64,000 bases of DNA from Sphaerodactylus townsendi (GCF_021028975.2 NC_059426.1:98270001-98334000), one strand, 5' to 3'; positions 26,041 through 41,000 are shown, counted from the stretch's first letter. A program made the numbers and translations. Notes: generated by a model not told the origin, from the letters alone.

Positions 26041-28093
26041 ATGCTGAGTATCCTACAAAGAGGATGTTTTTGTAGGACCTTGTTTAAAGGAGGATGTCAA
26101 AGAGACAAAAAATAAATGATGATGCTGACCACCTCTGGAATCTCATGGACATGAGCAGCCATGTGGCAATAAGAAACAGGGGGTCCAGGACATAGACTGA
26201 TGGGAAAGGCAATCTGAAGTACCTGGTACTGCTGCTGTCACAAAATCACTCAACCCTATGGTCCTTCAGTACCAGGCACCCTGAAGGCAGCAGCAGCTTT
26301 AACTGTTGGGCCCTACTAACAGCTGATGAAGACCTCTAATCAAACAACCAAATTCTAAGCCAAAATCTCAACTTGGTGACTCTAAAAGCACCATCTTCTA
26401 TGAATGTAGTTTTTACTCTGGTTGCAAAGAAATACCAAGATATTTTATATTTATTTTCAAGCTCCTTTCAGTAGTTCTTCTGTACCCAAAGCTGTTCATT
26501 GGCATTCTCCTTTCAAACAATGTAACAGGACATTTTAACAGGTTCCTGTAAAAGATTACAGGAAATGGTAGTTACTACTAACCAAAGCTTTAATCTAGCA
26601 TGGGACATTTTGGAAGACATTAATGTGCTAATCTCACTGCTCAGCTGTTCAGGCTGCAGATTGACAAGCATCTGACCTCATCCATTTGCCCTGTATTGAA
26701 GATCCATATAAAGCAGTCACGTCTGGTGCCTGGAACACAAATCAAGTGCAAGGGTGACAGAGTTTTGGCATGGGACTAATGGCAAAGGGAATATTTCAGT
26801 GCTCCATGCCCAATTATGCAGGAAAAGTTTTGCATAGTTAGCATCCAGTCTAATATTGTTAGAAAGTTATCTATTTCACAAAAGAATATCAGAGGTAGTA
26901 TACCTCTGGTAATTAATGTGTTTATAAAAGAACTGTGGAATTAATTTTATTGCTGGACAGTTTTATCAGCCTTTAGTGTGATAAATCTGGTAAAAACAGT
27001 TTTTTCTAATGTAGCATTCTCAGACTTTCTGTCAAACTAGTTTGCCAAGGAATGACTGAGATGATTGCAAAAGGCACTGGCACATTTTAAGACACATATT
27101 CAGCATTAATCTATTCAAGAGACTCAGGTGGTTAGAGGATTTTTGGGGGAAGGCATTAAATTAGGGTAGTAGTGGTGTCAACGACAGTAGTGATGTCAAA
27201 CAAATTCAGGCTTATCACTTCTATACTTTTTAATGCTCTGTGCAGCTGATAAGAAATGCTTCCTCTTGTCTTCTTTCCCATCTCCTGGGATAAGTAAATG
27301 AATTGACAGAGTAATATGACAGGAGGTGCAACAACTCTGGATTAGGGCCTAACAACTCTACTATCTACTGCATGGATCATGCCAAGCTGCCTCTCTCGAA
27401 CATGCTGTCATCCCTGTGACCTCTCAAAATTGCACGACACAGGGAGAGGCTGCATATGATGATGGAACAGCTACAATTGTGCTTAGGGGTGTAATTGAGG
27501 GACTTAAAATGTAAGTGCTGGAATCTACTAAATGCACTAAAATCATGAGCACAGTGGTTATTCCCAACCTAAGATCAATGCAAAACAATTTCTACATCAG
27601 AGGGAAGGAATGGGCAACATAGCTAGAGAGATGAATACATGTCTGGAATGCATGTTGTGATAAACACTCATAAAGATGTTCAGATTCCCTAGGTTTAGAG
27701 CCGAAAAATGTTGGAATAAATAGGACCTTTTAGTCACAGCTACCTTATCACCAACTGATTTCAATAGGATTAAAGCATGTCAATAGGATTAAAGTATTAC
27801 TTACTTTCTCTGCATCAGGTTTGAGAACTGCCACTTTTCCCTGAGCTACTCTGTTGGCTTTAAAGCAGCTTTATGAGTGGAAATTAAGCTTTCCCTTGTT
27901 AAAATAGTAAGCATCTTTATTTGTATTCACCATTTGTTCCCCTAAAGAAAAAGTTGGAGGAATTTGTCTGAGCTCAATCCCAAGGTTTCTAATACCTAAT
28001 TGTCAGATTTCAAAATTCTCAAAACATTGCATAATTTCCATTTAAGGAGATTATCTCCAATGAAGATGATAAATATTTACAGTAAGTCAGTCT

Positions 28094-28218
28094 TCAAATT
28101 GATATATATACTTTCAAATTATATATATATATATATATATATAATTTGAAAGTATATAAGTATATATATAATTTGAAAGTATATATATAATTTGAAAGTA
28201 TATATATCAAAGTATATA
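28094..28218. repeat. (TA)n-centred AT-rich inverted repeat
   Basis: TATATACTTTCAAATTATATA...TATATAATTTGAAAGTATATA, with a reiterated arm. Confidence 0.85.
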
Positions 28219-28934
28219 TATATACACACTTTCAAATTAAAGCTTTCAGAGTTTGTTCCAAGTTCCACTGTAGGCCGAGTGTTTCCCTATTATGAGTTCA
28301 AAACCATTGGTTTCACTATATTATCTAGCTATAGGAATTTTTCTCATTTCCAGGAAAATAAGAGAAACTATAACAAATACAAACTGAAAATAACTAGAAT
28401 GAAGTTAAATTCACACAGATATTTCATCTCAAACCAATGTGAGTTGTAGTTCAAAAGATATTCATTGCAAAGGCATGAGTTCCTCAATCACCAGTTGGAC
28501 ATTTTTAGTCTTCCATCCGACTGTCTGAGCTGCTCCCTCTGCCTGCCCGCCCCCCACCATGCTTGTCATTGTAGAAGGGCCTAGTAGAACACTCTTTGTT
28601 TATGTCTGTCTAAGTTAGAAAAGCACTGCCACTTGCTGTGGAATGATCAGCCTCTGAAGACCGGGAAAGCTGGCTCTTCACCATCAAACTTCAGACAATG
28701 TGCAAAAATAGGGGAGTGGTCAGTCTAGGGGATTGATGGGAAGGTCTTAGCTCTTCTCAGTTTATTATCCTGGCCCAAAGGAGTGTCTACTGCTCCTCAA
28801 TTTTTGCACACACATAAAAAGAATATATCCACATTGCAGTTTTGGTAATTTCTCAAAATCCAGCAAAGCACTAGGGTGTAAAGAGGTGATAGGCCCACTT
28901 CTGGGAGGAGCAGCAAACACATCAAAAGAAAGAG

Positions 28935-29225
28935 CGGAACAGACTTCCTCGGTAGGTTGTGGACTCTTCTTCTTTGGAGGTTTTTAAGTAGAGACTAGAT
29001 GGCCATCTGAAAGAAGTGCTGATTCTGTGAACTTTGGCAGATCGTGAGAGGAAGTTGAGGAAGAAAGGAGTCGGCACTCAGCTCTTGTAGTCCTTTCATA
29101 TACAACTTGCATAATGCCAATCACCACTCTGGGGTCATGAAGGAATTTTCCTTCTGGAATTCTGGAGGATTTTTTACCTTCCTATAGGCATAGAGCAAAG
29201 GTCACTGGGGAGTTGGGTAATTGTG
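28935..29225 (+). mobile_element. CR1 3' fragment, old
   Basis: DSSSLEVFK.RLDGHL-type terminal motif followed by a CR1-like 3'UTR. Confidence 0.6.
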
Positions 29226-29271
29226 AAAACAAACACTGTCACCTTGAGAAGACCGTATAATTACAAATCTA

Positions 29272-30285
29272 CTAGCAGGGCCCAGCCATGCATTGCTGTG
29301 GCAGTTGTCCTTCTCATCACAGTCCGCAATCCACACAGATGTCCATGCAGGTCCAATGATCCACAGCATAGCCTTTTGGGGTGGTCAAATGGAATCCCTC
29401 TTTCCCTTTTCAGTTCACATTGTTATATGGTGGTGTCTTGTTTCTTTTTAGTATAAGGTAACCCTTTCCATTCCACAACGGAACTGTCCAGAGTGCGAAT
29501 CCCGCTGTCCATGAGGCTGGTTGACATGCACAGTCCTGGCTTGGGGAAGCAGAACTGGGGCAAGGAGTCTTTCCCAGTCAGGCAGCAGAGGCAGGGTGGT
29601 GAGGCATTCAGATCGAGGCCAACTCCCTGAGTTCTTAAAGGGCCATGTGCAAAAGAAGCGGAGCCAGTAGTGTTGGTTTGCCCCCACCCCGCGGATTTTC
29701 TTAGAAGAAAAAGGCAAACTCCAGCTCGCTTTTAGTAAAAGAGAGCTGTGGTGAATATGGGTGAGGAAGTGGGTAAGTGGTGGTTGGATGTGAGGGAGGG
29801 CAGAGTGAGGTGTGTGAGGATGAGCTGGATGTGTATTGTGTGGTAGCAGTGGGTGAGGCACAGAGAGTGAAAGTTACCTGCATGTGGGGAGGGGACCCCA
29901 CCTGACGTCTCACACGGCAAAGTGTGTATGTGTTTCACTTCCACTCGTATTACCTAACAGTGTTACCTATTTACTGTTTTCACTGCTCATCTCTGCCCAT
30001 CTGCACGAACATTCTAAGCCCTCATACCAATCCCTCAGGCCACAGACAGACAGGCTGCACGAACATTCTAAGGGTGACAGTTAAACACAGCCAGCTTCAT
30101 GGCCTAGTGCGCCAGGAAAAAGACATTTTACCTGGCTCAGGCATGGACTTTCGGCGATTTGAAGGTCCGATTACCTGCCCAGAACAAGGAGGAATGGCAT
30201 GTGAAAATTTGGGGGCGATCCGTCCAGCCATTTCGACGTTAGGGCGTGACTAACAAAGTCACTGCTAGCTTTTTATATATATAGA
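29272..30285 (-). mobile_element. Non-autonomous Helitron
   Basis: On the minus strand, 5' TCTATATATATAAAA, and a 3' hairpin GCCACAGCAATGCATGGC followed by a terminal CTAG. Inserted between A(29271) and T(30286) with no TSD. Confidence 0.85.
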
Positions 30286-31328
30286 TGACCAATTATGCTT
30301 TACCCACTTACCCCATGATTGTTCACTTCAGAGTGAGGTTTCCATGTGGCTTTCTGTGCAAAGCGTCCGGCAGAGCACAGCCAATCTGTCATTTTGGCCG
30401 CCTGCCATTTTGCCTTGCTTTTCCTAAGCAACCACCTCTATGAGTGCTTTTTTGGGAGTGGGAGTTGCTGCCATTCTTCTCTAAATCCTTACTGTAATGG
30501 AGGAACTACTTGGAGGGAGGGGGAGATAGAAACCAGCATTGCCCAGCCAGTCTCCACAATGCAGTCTTTACAAACCCAGCTGTTGAGAATCAGTCCCCAC
30601 AAAGAAGCCCCCTCCTCAACTTCCCCCCTCAACTACCTCCCATTCAGCATTCCCTTAATTCTGCTGTCTGCTGCCTTCTTTGTGTGTGTGCGTGCATACA
30701 TCTGCGCATTTTCTCCAAGGTTGCTTTGTTGCTTCATTTGCAAGATTTGTTGACTCAATAGAACACTTTGAAAAAGCCCTTTGATTGCTTTGAAACTAGT
30801 GGAACTCGGGCAGGGCAAGGTGGAAAGCTGGGCAGGAGTGAGAAAATCCAAAGAGAGTATAATGCAGCACCATCTCCATTTTCCCTTCAAAGCAATGGGA
30901 AAATTTGAGCTTTGCCCACTCTTCAGAACTATGGGGCTTTTGGGATCTGTAATGCCATGGCTGCAGGAGCAGGTAAAACCTGTGTGCAACCAGAAATCAG
31001 CCCTGAAGGAAATATACACACACCCCAGGACTGACCACATGTGCATAAAAGACCTACTGTTACAGTTTTACCCTTATACACAGCTAGTCATCAAGGCAGA
31101 TTTGTACACAGTATTTTCATAAAGTCTAACCTAGAAGCTATAAATACTTGACTTAAAATCGATTTAAAATTCATAGAATTCATTGTATAGGCCTTTGGAA
31201 TTTGTTTATGGCAGATAGCCATGTTGGTCTGCAGTAGAAGGAAAGGCTCCAGATCTGACGAAGGAAGCTCAGAAGTTATATCCTGGAAATTTTTTTGCTC
31301 TTTAAAGTACTGCTGGACTCGAATCTTA

Positions 31329-31620
31329 AAGGTAAAAGCTGTCTCCTATACAAGCACTGAATCATTAATGACCCATGGGTTAATGTCACTTCATAATGTA
31401 TTCTAATCAGACTGTTTACAGCGTGCTTTGTCATTGCTTTCCCTAGTCATCTACACTTCACCCCCAGCAATCTGGATACTCATTTTACCAATCTCAAAAG
31501 GATGGAAGGCTGAGGCAACCTTGAGCTGGCTACCTGAACCTTACTTTTGTCAGGATTGAACTCAGGTCATGATCAGAGCTTGAACTGCAGTATTGCAGCT
31601 CACCACTCCATGCCATGGAA
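31329..31620 (+). mobile_element. Sauria-type SINE, diverged
   Basis: AAGGTAAA start and GATACTCATTTTACC..GGATGGAAGGCTGAG.CAACCTTGAGC core. Confidence 0.7.
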
Positions 31621-33768
31621 CTCCTAGGATTCAAATCTTATCATTGTGCAATGTGTGATTCTTCAAGCACAGAATGTCCATAGCCTGTCAGGTTTTGTGA
31701 TCTCAGGCCCAATTTGCCCATTACAAAGTCCCCTTCATGGATGCGGGGCCTCAGTTAGGATTTTGCATCAGACCTTTGCCTGAGTATTTCTAGGGTTGCC
31801 AAGTCCCTCCAGGCCACTGGCAGGGGGAGGGGGTATGGTTGCCAGATCCAGGTTGGAAAACTTTTGAAGATGGAGCCTGGGGAGGACAGTGGGGTGCAGT
31901 GCCTTACTGTCTGCCCTCCAAAGCATCCATTTTCTCTAGGGGAACCGATTGCTGTACTCTGAAGATCACCTGTAATTCTGGGTGATCTTCAGGCCCCACC
32001 CAAGTACTGCCAGTTCCAGGTTAATAACTTCCTGGACATTTGGGGCTGGAGTCTGGGAGGGCAAAACTGGGTAGGAGAGTAGGAGAGAGACTCCTCTCCC
32101 TGGGAAAAAAGGCTCCCAGGAGGCTGTTTTCTAGGGGAAACCTTTAGGTATTGATGGGTACAAGTAACTTTCTCCTGTCAGGCAAACAGCAGCTCATGTT
32201 AGGTCAAGAAAATGGAACATGAAGAATCCTTAAGAATCCTCTCCTTTTCAAATCAGGTCTTGCATGCCTGAGAAATGAGTTCCCAACACAGAACTACAGG
32301 TGCATGTTTGCTGACAGTCCACATGTGTACCATGTTAATTTTGTGAATCAGCCTTCAGGCAAACAGCAAAGTTTATCAAGCTCTTAGTGGGCTACCATAC
32401 ATGGCTGGTAGGCTGTGTTTGGCTGGATTGGTCACAACCCATCATACAGGCATAATGCAGTCTCTATTTCATGCCCAAGTGTTAGCAGATTCAGCTAATA
32501 ACAGTCCTCTGGTGGGCAAATGTCATTTGGCTGGTGCTTCTGTTAGTTCTTGCATATGCTGCAGCTGTCAGATTACAGGGGAGGCAAATGGTGGTATGGG
32601 ATCCGCACTGTGGAATGCTTTTGTTTGACATCTCCCTCTCTGTGCTGCATCAAGGTTCTCATGCAGAATGTTTAGCAGAGATGATTTTTTTATGCAAAGC
32701 TTGTTTCTGCCCTGATTGCTTTTGACATTATCTTGCAGGCAACTAAAGTTCAAATGAGAAACAAATTGGCTTGGGAATCAGGAGCAAGGATAAGAACATT
32801 TTACAGAGGCAGCCATAAACAAATGTTGATTTGCAAGAGGATGGGATAGAACATGCACATCACAACAAGGGTATGGCCTTGCTCAAAATGTTTGGATTAA
32901 AAGGCTATCAGCAGCATAAATAAAACAAATGCTGTGAAACTAAGCCTTGTTCAGTAACATTTGACAGCTTATATTATTTGACCTACTGCTCCCATTTTTA
33001 CCACCTATTTTGCTCTAACAGAGTCAACACTTCACAATATCTGCACTGTAATGAGAGAAAGCATGGGTCAGAGGCTTTCCAAAGGAGGGAAGCATGGTGG
33101 CAAGTGCCCATTCTCAAAATTGGCAGCCCAATTATTCACCTGAACCACAGACAGAATGAGGGATGCATTAGGGTTGCCCGCTCCAACTGGGAAAATTCCT
33201 GAAGATTTGAGGGTAGAGCCAGGGAAAGGCAGGATTTGGAGAGGGGAGGAACTTCCAAAAGACATAATGCCAGAGAGTTCACTCTCCAAAGCAGCCATTT
33301 GTTCATAGAGATCTGATCTCTCATAAGCTGGTGTCTAATTGTGGGAGGTCCCCAGGTCCCACATGAAGATTACAGCCATGATGCTGCAGTGGTCCAAAAT
33401 GTTAGACAAGTCCTAAAAAATAAGTTTGGGGCATTTTCTGTTTTACTTGACCTTTTAAAATGATCTGTCCCTGTCCTCTTTGAAACTTCTTGCAAAATAT
33501 GGGCAGAAATTCATACAAATTCACATGGGCAGTAATGAATACCAAAAGTGCCTCTTATGCTCACTATCAGGTAAGTGGATGTATGCCTAACTAAAAGTGA
33601 GTTGGACCTGCTTTCAAGTCAAATGTTTACAATCAGACTATTAATGTGAAATATAATTTGTATTTGTATGGGAAGATTGAAGGATGCAAAACAGAGCTTT
33701 CTACCCAACTTTCACCCTAAGTCTACCTTGCTCCTTCTTAACTAACCCTGTTTCTGTGGTAAAACCAA

Positions 33769-34277
33769 GGCCTCTTCCACACAACAAAAGTACAGCAGGT
33801 TGCAGTTGGCGCAAAGCAACCCATTGTCCCATCGGCACATTCGCATGCCTCTGTGCAGGCAGCGAACAGAGCCCATGGAAGCAATGCGGGTTGCCATCAT
33901 GCCTTCGCACAGAGACACGTCTTTTTTTTTGCCTTGCCTCCCTCAGCTGCATAGCTACACGGGCAGGCAGGATTAGACCCCCGCAGCCATGCTAATACCA
34001 CTGTGTCCCTGTGGCTATGCAGCTGCGAGGTGGGACCTTTGAAAATGAAGGGAAGTGCAGCCGCTGAAAGTGCTTCCTGGCCAGCCGTTTGCTCGTGAGC
34101 GGCTGCAAGCTGCATTAAAACAAAAGAATCACAGATAGTGCAATTCTTGAAAAACCTGAGTTGGGGGGAGAAACATGGGGCGGACTCACTTAGGAGCAGG
34201 ATCCATGCGAAGTCCCCCCCCCCAATGGGTTTTATACTCTCGTTAGCCCACGTTTATTGGCCCATGCGGAAGGGGCC
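33769..34277. mobile_element. Harbinger-type MITE
   Basis: GGCCTCTTCCACA...TGCGGAAGGGGCC termini. The TSD is degenerate. Confidence 0.7.
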
Positions 34278-36377
34278 TTAGTTCTGTTTGTAATCCTTCC
34301 CCTTCTATACTGTAGTTTGTGTACCTGTGTGTTACCTTCTTATTTTTTCACCAATGTCAATTTATGCCTTTAGCAGCCTTATAACATCTAGGTCTTCAAA
34401 TAAAGACAAAATGTTCCTCCTACACACATAGTAAGATTTAAATACGCTTCTTGCTGCAGGTGTTTAAAAAAAAAACCCAGAATGTGCTATAGGAAGCATT
34501 TAGGCTTTTACATTGCAGAAAGATATCTAAAGGGCTCAGTTTGAAGACAACATGGCTGCTCAGCAAACTGAATTCAGATATCATGTACTGTGGATGCCAA
34601 ACTAAGGGGTGCATTATTATTTTGATTTCTGATGAATTTGCAAAGCTGCAGGTGTTAAGGATGTTCTTTGACCTTCTTCCGTAAAAAAATCCATTTTTAT
34701 CAGGGTTCTTCTCTTAGTATAACCATATACTTTGATCAGGAGCCAAAGCTTTTGATTGGGAGACAAATTCCTGCCTAAATCAATGTGATTTCAGTCATGT
34801 CCCAACAAAAGAAATAGTATAAGGTGGGGTAAATAGTAAAGAATACAGATTATTGAGCCTCCCTTTGTCAAATGCATGGCAAGTTTCTGAGAAGAATTGT
34901 TCTTCTTTATGAACAATCATTGGGGCATATTTTTATTTGGCAGACCTAGCCTCGGGTACTCACACTGTGAATGCTTTCAAGGTGAGGGTGTACACGGTAT
35001 GTGTATAGCAGAAAAAAAATACACAAGCTTTGGCAAAGACCCCATCCCTTTCTTCTTGTCATGGCCAGACTTGCCTCGAGCATAAGAAGCCTGTTTTGTG
35101 CATCTTCTAATGGCCAGCAGGTGTTCCATTGCTTTCAGAACACAAATGGGTGAAATGCTTCCAATAAAGGATACCACCTGACTTCAGGAATTATACTTCA
35201 TGGAATCATTTGTCTGACAAGAATATGTATTAAGATTAAGGAACCTTTGTTTAGAAATATCATTTGTGCTTGCTGCCTTCTGGATTTCAATGAAAGTATC
35301 AACCTTGCAGTATTTTTGTTCCTGAAAATGATAACAGGTTTTCTAGCTAGTTTAAAGGGAATTTATCAGTAGAATAGTGTATGAACAGCACAGCATTATA
35401 GCAGAATAAAATCCAGTGCCTACTGGCAAGAAAAATGTAAACATTCAACAACAACCTTGCACATGATGAAATATTTAAGAGAGTATCTTATTAAGGCCAG
35501 GTTTCAGAGAGTTGCTTCTGTGTACCAAAGACCTTAAGCATGCCTTCAAGAGATTATTTTGTTTTATCCTTCTCTTTCCACCCATATCACAAACTGCTTT
35601 TGAAAGTCCCTCAGTCTACATTCAAACATAATTTTAGTGGTGAATTGTAAAAGCATTTTCATTGCATTTTGGTTGTACACATAATATCCTCTTTCAGATT
35701 GAGTCTAGGAGGGCAGGAAGACTCCATAGAACTTCTTAATCATTACATTTTATACAGTAGGATAATGAAATAATACTGATTTAATATTTGTTCTCTTATG
35801 AATGTATGTCTACTGTTTATTCTTCTAGTAACCATTTTAATGAGCTTTTCTTTTTTCACTCCTTCTTGGGCTGAATGATTTGATTAACTATATAAAATAT
35901 AGAAAATGAATTACAGTGCTATCTTAAGTATTCCTGTAAATAAATATTTTAAATATGCCCACCTGGAACCTCTGTAGTTAGCAAAATATATTTATTTTAT
36001 TTAGATATTTATACCCTTTTTCCCAATGAGGAACCAAAAAGACTTAAAACATAATTTTCCCCTCCTCCCAGGAATTTATTCTTTGTCAGCAGTTACAGAA
36101 GGTTGGTAAATAGGCAGAGCTGATTCCTGAAATTATAAATCTATTCCTGTCTCTAACTTTTTACAGTAGATATGTCAGCAGCACAGAGATCCTCAAGACA
36201 AGGAGTCTATATTTATAGAAGGCCTGAAGTTTGTAGGTACAGTATTATGTAGAAGGAGTTGAGAAATGTTAGAATAACATATAGGATTGCCAGTGTATTT
36301 CAAAAGCCTCTGCTTTTGATGGGCAAATGATGGTGATGATTGAAAGCGCCATCAAACCACAGCTGACTTATGGTGAC

Positions 36378-37158
36378 TGTGATGCCCTTCCTTACTTCTT
36401 TATAAATAAATATATATAGATGCAAAATACTGTTTATTTTGCTGCCCCCAGGAATTTAATTCCAAAACCGTTTATATTTTCTCCTGAAATGGTGTATCCG
36501 AGCTTTAAAGCAGTTTTGAAGGGCTACATGGCCCTGAGGAAATAACTAGTGTGAGATTCCAGGTTACATTTAACAAATTAAAATTTTATTTATATATGTT
36601 CTTTAGCTTAAAGGTTTCAAAAAGTAATTTACAGCAAATAAAGCAGAGGCGACAACTTTAGATCAACCCACTCTCTCACACCTTTACATCTCTAAGGCCC
36701 CTTCCACACATGCAGACTAATGCACTTTCAATGCGCTTTGCAGCTGTATGGAATAGCAAAATCCACTTGCAAACAATTGTGAAAGTGGACTGAAAGTGCA
36801 TTATTCTGCATGTGTGGAAGGGGCCTGAGACCAAATTAGGATTTGACTCCATTTCTAATCTCTCAATGTTTTTTTCCCAATTTCACTGGTAATTCTACAC
36901 TTCATATAACCCTATAGGGTCAGCACAGACAGCCTTTTCCCCAGTGCAGCACAGACTGCTGTCGCTCTCCCAAGTTTTACATGCTGACTTTCTCTTAGTT
37001 CAGCACAGACTCTTCACAGTCACTCTCCAACATCAAGCAATCATTTTGCTCACACGTCCCCCTTTTACCCCCTTCTTCCTACAATTTACCTCTCATTTAA
37101 AAGAGACACACAACATTTTAAATCATTACATCGACTCTATAGGGTTATATTGGCAACA
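36378..37158. mobile_element. LTR-like insertion splitting a SINE
   Basis: TGTGATGCC...GGCAACA ends. SINE sequence resumes at about 37159. Confidence 0.45.
36696..36825. mobile_element. Palindromic Harbinger-type MITE
   Basis: GGCCCCTTCCACACATGCAGA / TCTGCATGTGTGGAAGGGGCC, flanked by TAA / TGA. A degenerate relative lies at about 55927-56070. Confidence 0.85.
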
Positions 37159-37284
37159 GACGAAAAGAGGCAGTTTTCCATTGCATGGTTATTTATTAAG
37201 GTCCTGGACTTCCATGGTCATTTCCCACCCCAAGTACTAACTAGGGCTGACCCTGCTTCTATCTAATGAGATCAAGCTAACTTT

Positions 37285-38053
37285 GGTTGATTCCCCGCTT
37301 CAAAAATGAAAATAGATTCAAACCGGTTTAGTTAGATTCGGGACCCTTTGAACACGGTTTCATGGTCCCCACTGCACCTTCTGCCCCCTTGTTCCCAGAA
37401 ACGCCGCAGCCACGCAGGAGTCCCCACTGTCAGCGGATCAAATGCGTGATCCGCTCAGGGGCTGTCCTGATTGGCTGCTGTGTTGTTCTGGGGCGGGAAT
37501 TTTTTTAAATGTTCAAACTGACAGATCCACGTCTGCGAGAGCATGCGCAGAACGACTCTACGCGGAGACGATGAAACGGGTGATTAAAGCAAAGCCCTGT
37601 TTCCGAGCACCTCCATGTAGTCGGATCCACGTGGATACAACGTGTAGCACAGCTTTGTATTGCCTTCTATTCATTCAATCAGTCAAAACCAGCCCTATGT
37701 AGCTTTGTATCCACGTGGATCTCTGGTCCACAAAATTTTTTTAAAGGGGCTGTGCGCACATCGCACACAGTCCACTGCATCCTGATTGGATGGAAGGCTC
37801 CACGTCACTCACAAGGGCAGGTAGTTCGAATCTGGATTCACACACACCCCCAACTTCCCCACCGCTCCAGATTGACCACACTTTTTTTAAAAGCTCCACT
37901 TTCTTCCAGGTTCTAAAAAATGCATGCTGTGGTGGGGGGCGTGCTGAAAACAGAATGAAAGCGTTTTTGGTGCTGCTGCAGTGGGGAGTTCTGCTGGAAA
38001 CCTCAATATTTGGAGTGACGAGCACGTATCTAATTGTGAGTGGGGAATTGACC
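37285..38053. mobile_element. Harbinger-type non-autonomous element
   Basis: GGTTGATTCCCC / GGGGAATTGACC termini; 3-bp TSD TTT; interrupts a SINE. Confidence 0.75.
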
Positions 38054-41000
38054 TTTGGCCATCTAGGTCTGGGTAGGCAAATATTAAGAGGTGATAAAGT
38101 TCAGCTCAATATTGTAGAAAGCTTCACCTTCTCATTCCTGCATACCAAGCTACTCTTAGAGGAAAAGGAACTTGAGTCGAGCTAACTTTTCCCCTTAGTC
38201 AAACGGCAACCCTAGCAACACAGTTTCTGTGTTGGTGTCTGTCTATGCAGTTTACACATCAAAGGGGGGAAAGCAACAGCTTATCTGTAGAGCATCCTTC
38301 GTATGATGTGTAACCCAGACCAGGTATCTTACCACCTTCTCCAAGAAAAGAAATGTCTAAATTTAACCAAGCAACACCCACCCACCCCCACCCCCCGGGC
38401 AATAATTAGGATTGTTAGATTTTAATCCAGGAGCACTTTTGGACCAACAAGAGTTGCAGGATATAGGCTTTTGAGAGTCAAAGCTCCCTTTGTCAGACAC
38501 AGTAGAATAGAGATTTGAGTCCTTTTATCCTAATGACAAGGTAGGAGGGGTGTTGTAAAGAATATTTGTGAAGAAAGCGAAGATACTATGCAAACTTACA
38601 GTCTTCTTGATTAGAGCAGACTGAATCAAAGTAGAGTTTATTTAGATTACTCTTTAAATTTCCAATGCAAGAAGAAAGTGAATGGCACTGTAACATCTCT
38701 ATCAATTACTCTTATGAAGCTATTAGCTAATAGCAGATTACTTTTAATTTAGGCTTTAAAAAGTTACTACCATATCACTGGAGACCTAGTATTGCATAGC
38801 AGTTTGAATGCTGGACTACAACCGGCAAGACCTTGTGTCAGTCATTGTCTCTTTGCTTAGTCTACTTTACAAGGTGAACATGTGATAAATTAGGGAGAAG
38901 CAGATGAGTTGCCCTGAGATTCGTGGAGGAACAGCAAGATAAAAATCAAACAACAAAAATACTCCTGGCCAGCACAAAAAAGATTCTTGAACACTATTCG
39001 TCTTCTTCTTTTCTCATAATTCCCTGTTATTGGGGGCAGGATTACAAATTACATCTTCCTGGATTATACATGTAACACATTTTTCAATTAAATGTAGTCT
39101 AGACTTTCCTCTCAAATACTGAACTGCAAAAACCTGAACACCCCCTTGACAGACATCATTTCATGGTACAATCATTTACAAGATTATTTTACTTTCCTGT
39201 TTGACAAGGCTTTTCAGCCTAAAAAACATAAAAATTTAACCAGCCCTTCCTGTGAAACTTCAATTCCTTACTTAGTCATTAGGATTATTTTAATGCAATC
39301 TTGTACAATGAAACTATTTGGAATGCCTGGAAATTTTGGGCATTATAATAATAGTTAGCAATGTTAGACCACTTTCAGTGTTCAAAGATTTTCACATATA
39401 TGTTATTTCTATTATATCCCTGAAAGCAAGGCAAACATCATTACCCCTATTGGGGAGTCAAGACTGAGAGACAGTGGCTTGCCAAAGGTCACCTGGTGGC
39501 AAGTTCATAGCAGGGGTAAGATTTGAACCAGAAACCTCATTATTTTCTTACTATATGATAGAAGGCCAAACCCTGCATTTCTCAGAGAGGGCCAATGAAT
39601 TTTTTATTTATTTGGAGAAAGATTAATGATTAAGTAGAGCCATGACAGGCAGGCAATTGGCAAACCATCTCTGAACACCTCTTGCCTTGAAAATCCCACT
39701 GGGGTCACCATAAGTCAGATGTAACTTCACAGCACAAAAAAAAGCGCCAAGAGTCACCAAGCTTTGCTTTAAAAATCAGGGAACTGCTGCCTTATACTGG
39801 TGGGATCTGCACAGGGCAAATATGATAGGTGTAGAGCACAATACAAACTGTTTTGGGGGGGCGGGATGTCACACCGGTCCCATCCCCAAAACACCCCTGT
39901 CCCATTTTATTTCCCTCAACCCAGGATTTTTAAAATCACTAAATCAGCAGGTTTTTTTTAAATTTGGTTTTGAGCCGCTCCCTCTTGAACAGCCAGGCAG
40001 GAGGTGCTTTATTTCCCTCCCTTCCACTGCGCCATCCACAGTCAGAGAGAATCTGCCTGCCTGTCAAACTCTCAGTTCATAGAAAAACTCACTTGATGGG
40101 TTCAAGGATTTTATTCATGACAGCCGAGTAACAGCAGAAGACTGTTCTGGCGAGATGGTGCCAAAACTGTTGATAATATAACATAGCAATCCCCACCCCC
40201 AATATGAGCCAATGTAACAGTAAGAGTCCAGCCTGAGAGTCAGATTCAACCACAGAACTTCAAGGGCAGGATTCAGATAAGCACCTGCAAAGCAGAGGCA
40301 AAACAAAAGCAAAGCACATCCCCACAGCTCCCCTCCCCCTGTAGGAATGGCATCCTGACACTGCCACAGCAATACATTCATTATCACCCTGTCATTGCAG
40401 GGGGGTCCGTTTTTCTTTTCTTCCGTTTAAAATTTTGTGTGCTGCACTTGCGCAGCCACACAGGTGCAGCTGATAATATTGTGGGACAATCAGCATGGCT
40501 ACAGAGGTTCAATTATGTATGCTTGTGCAGCTATGAATGTGTTGCAGGGAAAATGTTTTAAGAGAGAAGCATTTCTGTGTGGAGGTGCAAAAGCAACCCA
40601 AATTATTTCCATAAGCTACAATCAATGCCTGCACAGCATGCATGGAAATGGGAAAAAGAAAAACAGGTTCCTTTATAGTGACTGCAACCCATTATACATT
40701 TCCTGGGCTGAATCCACCACTGTGCACTAGATGGAAATGTATTTGTATGCACTGGCTGGCTGAAGAGAAGAGTACGGTCTTTTGTGCACTTACTGTTCAT
40801 GGTGCAGCTGTGTGCTTCACAGTGGGGTTTCCCCACAGCTTTCCATTCCAAAGGGAAGTCTTCTGCTGTGAAGCATCCCTAGACAAGCCAAGCTGATCTG
40901 CCATTTTGTCCACCCACCACTGCTTTGCTTGCTTCCTTGCAAACCCTTTTTGGTCCTTTTTTAAAAAAACCTTATGACCACTGTTAACGCAATGACAGAA

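Noticed and set aside
30724-30892. Cluster of five TCF/SOX-like CTTTGWW motifs plus an AP-1 site
   Set aside because: It overlaps an old repeat also seen at about 41130-41300, and the motifs are short and common. There is no support for an enhancer.
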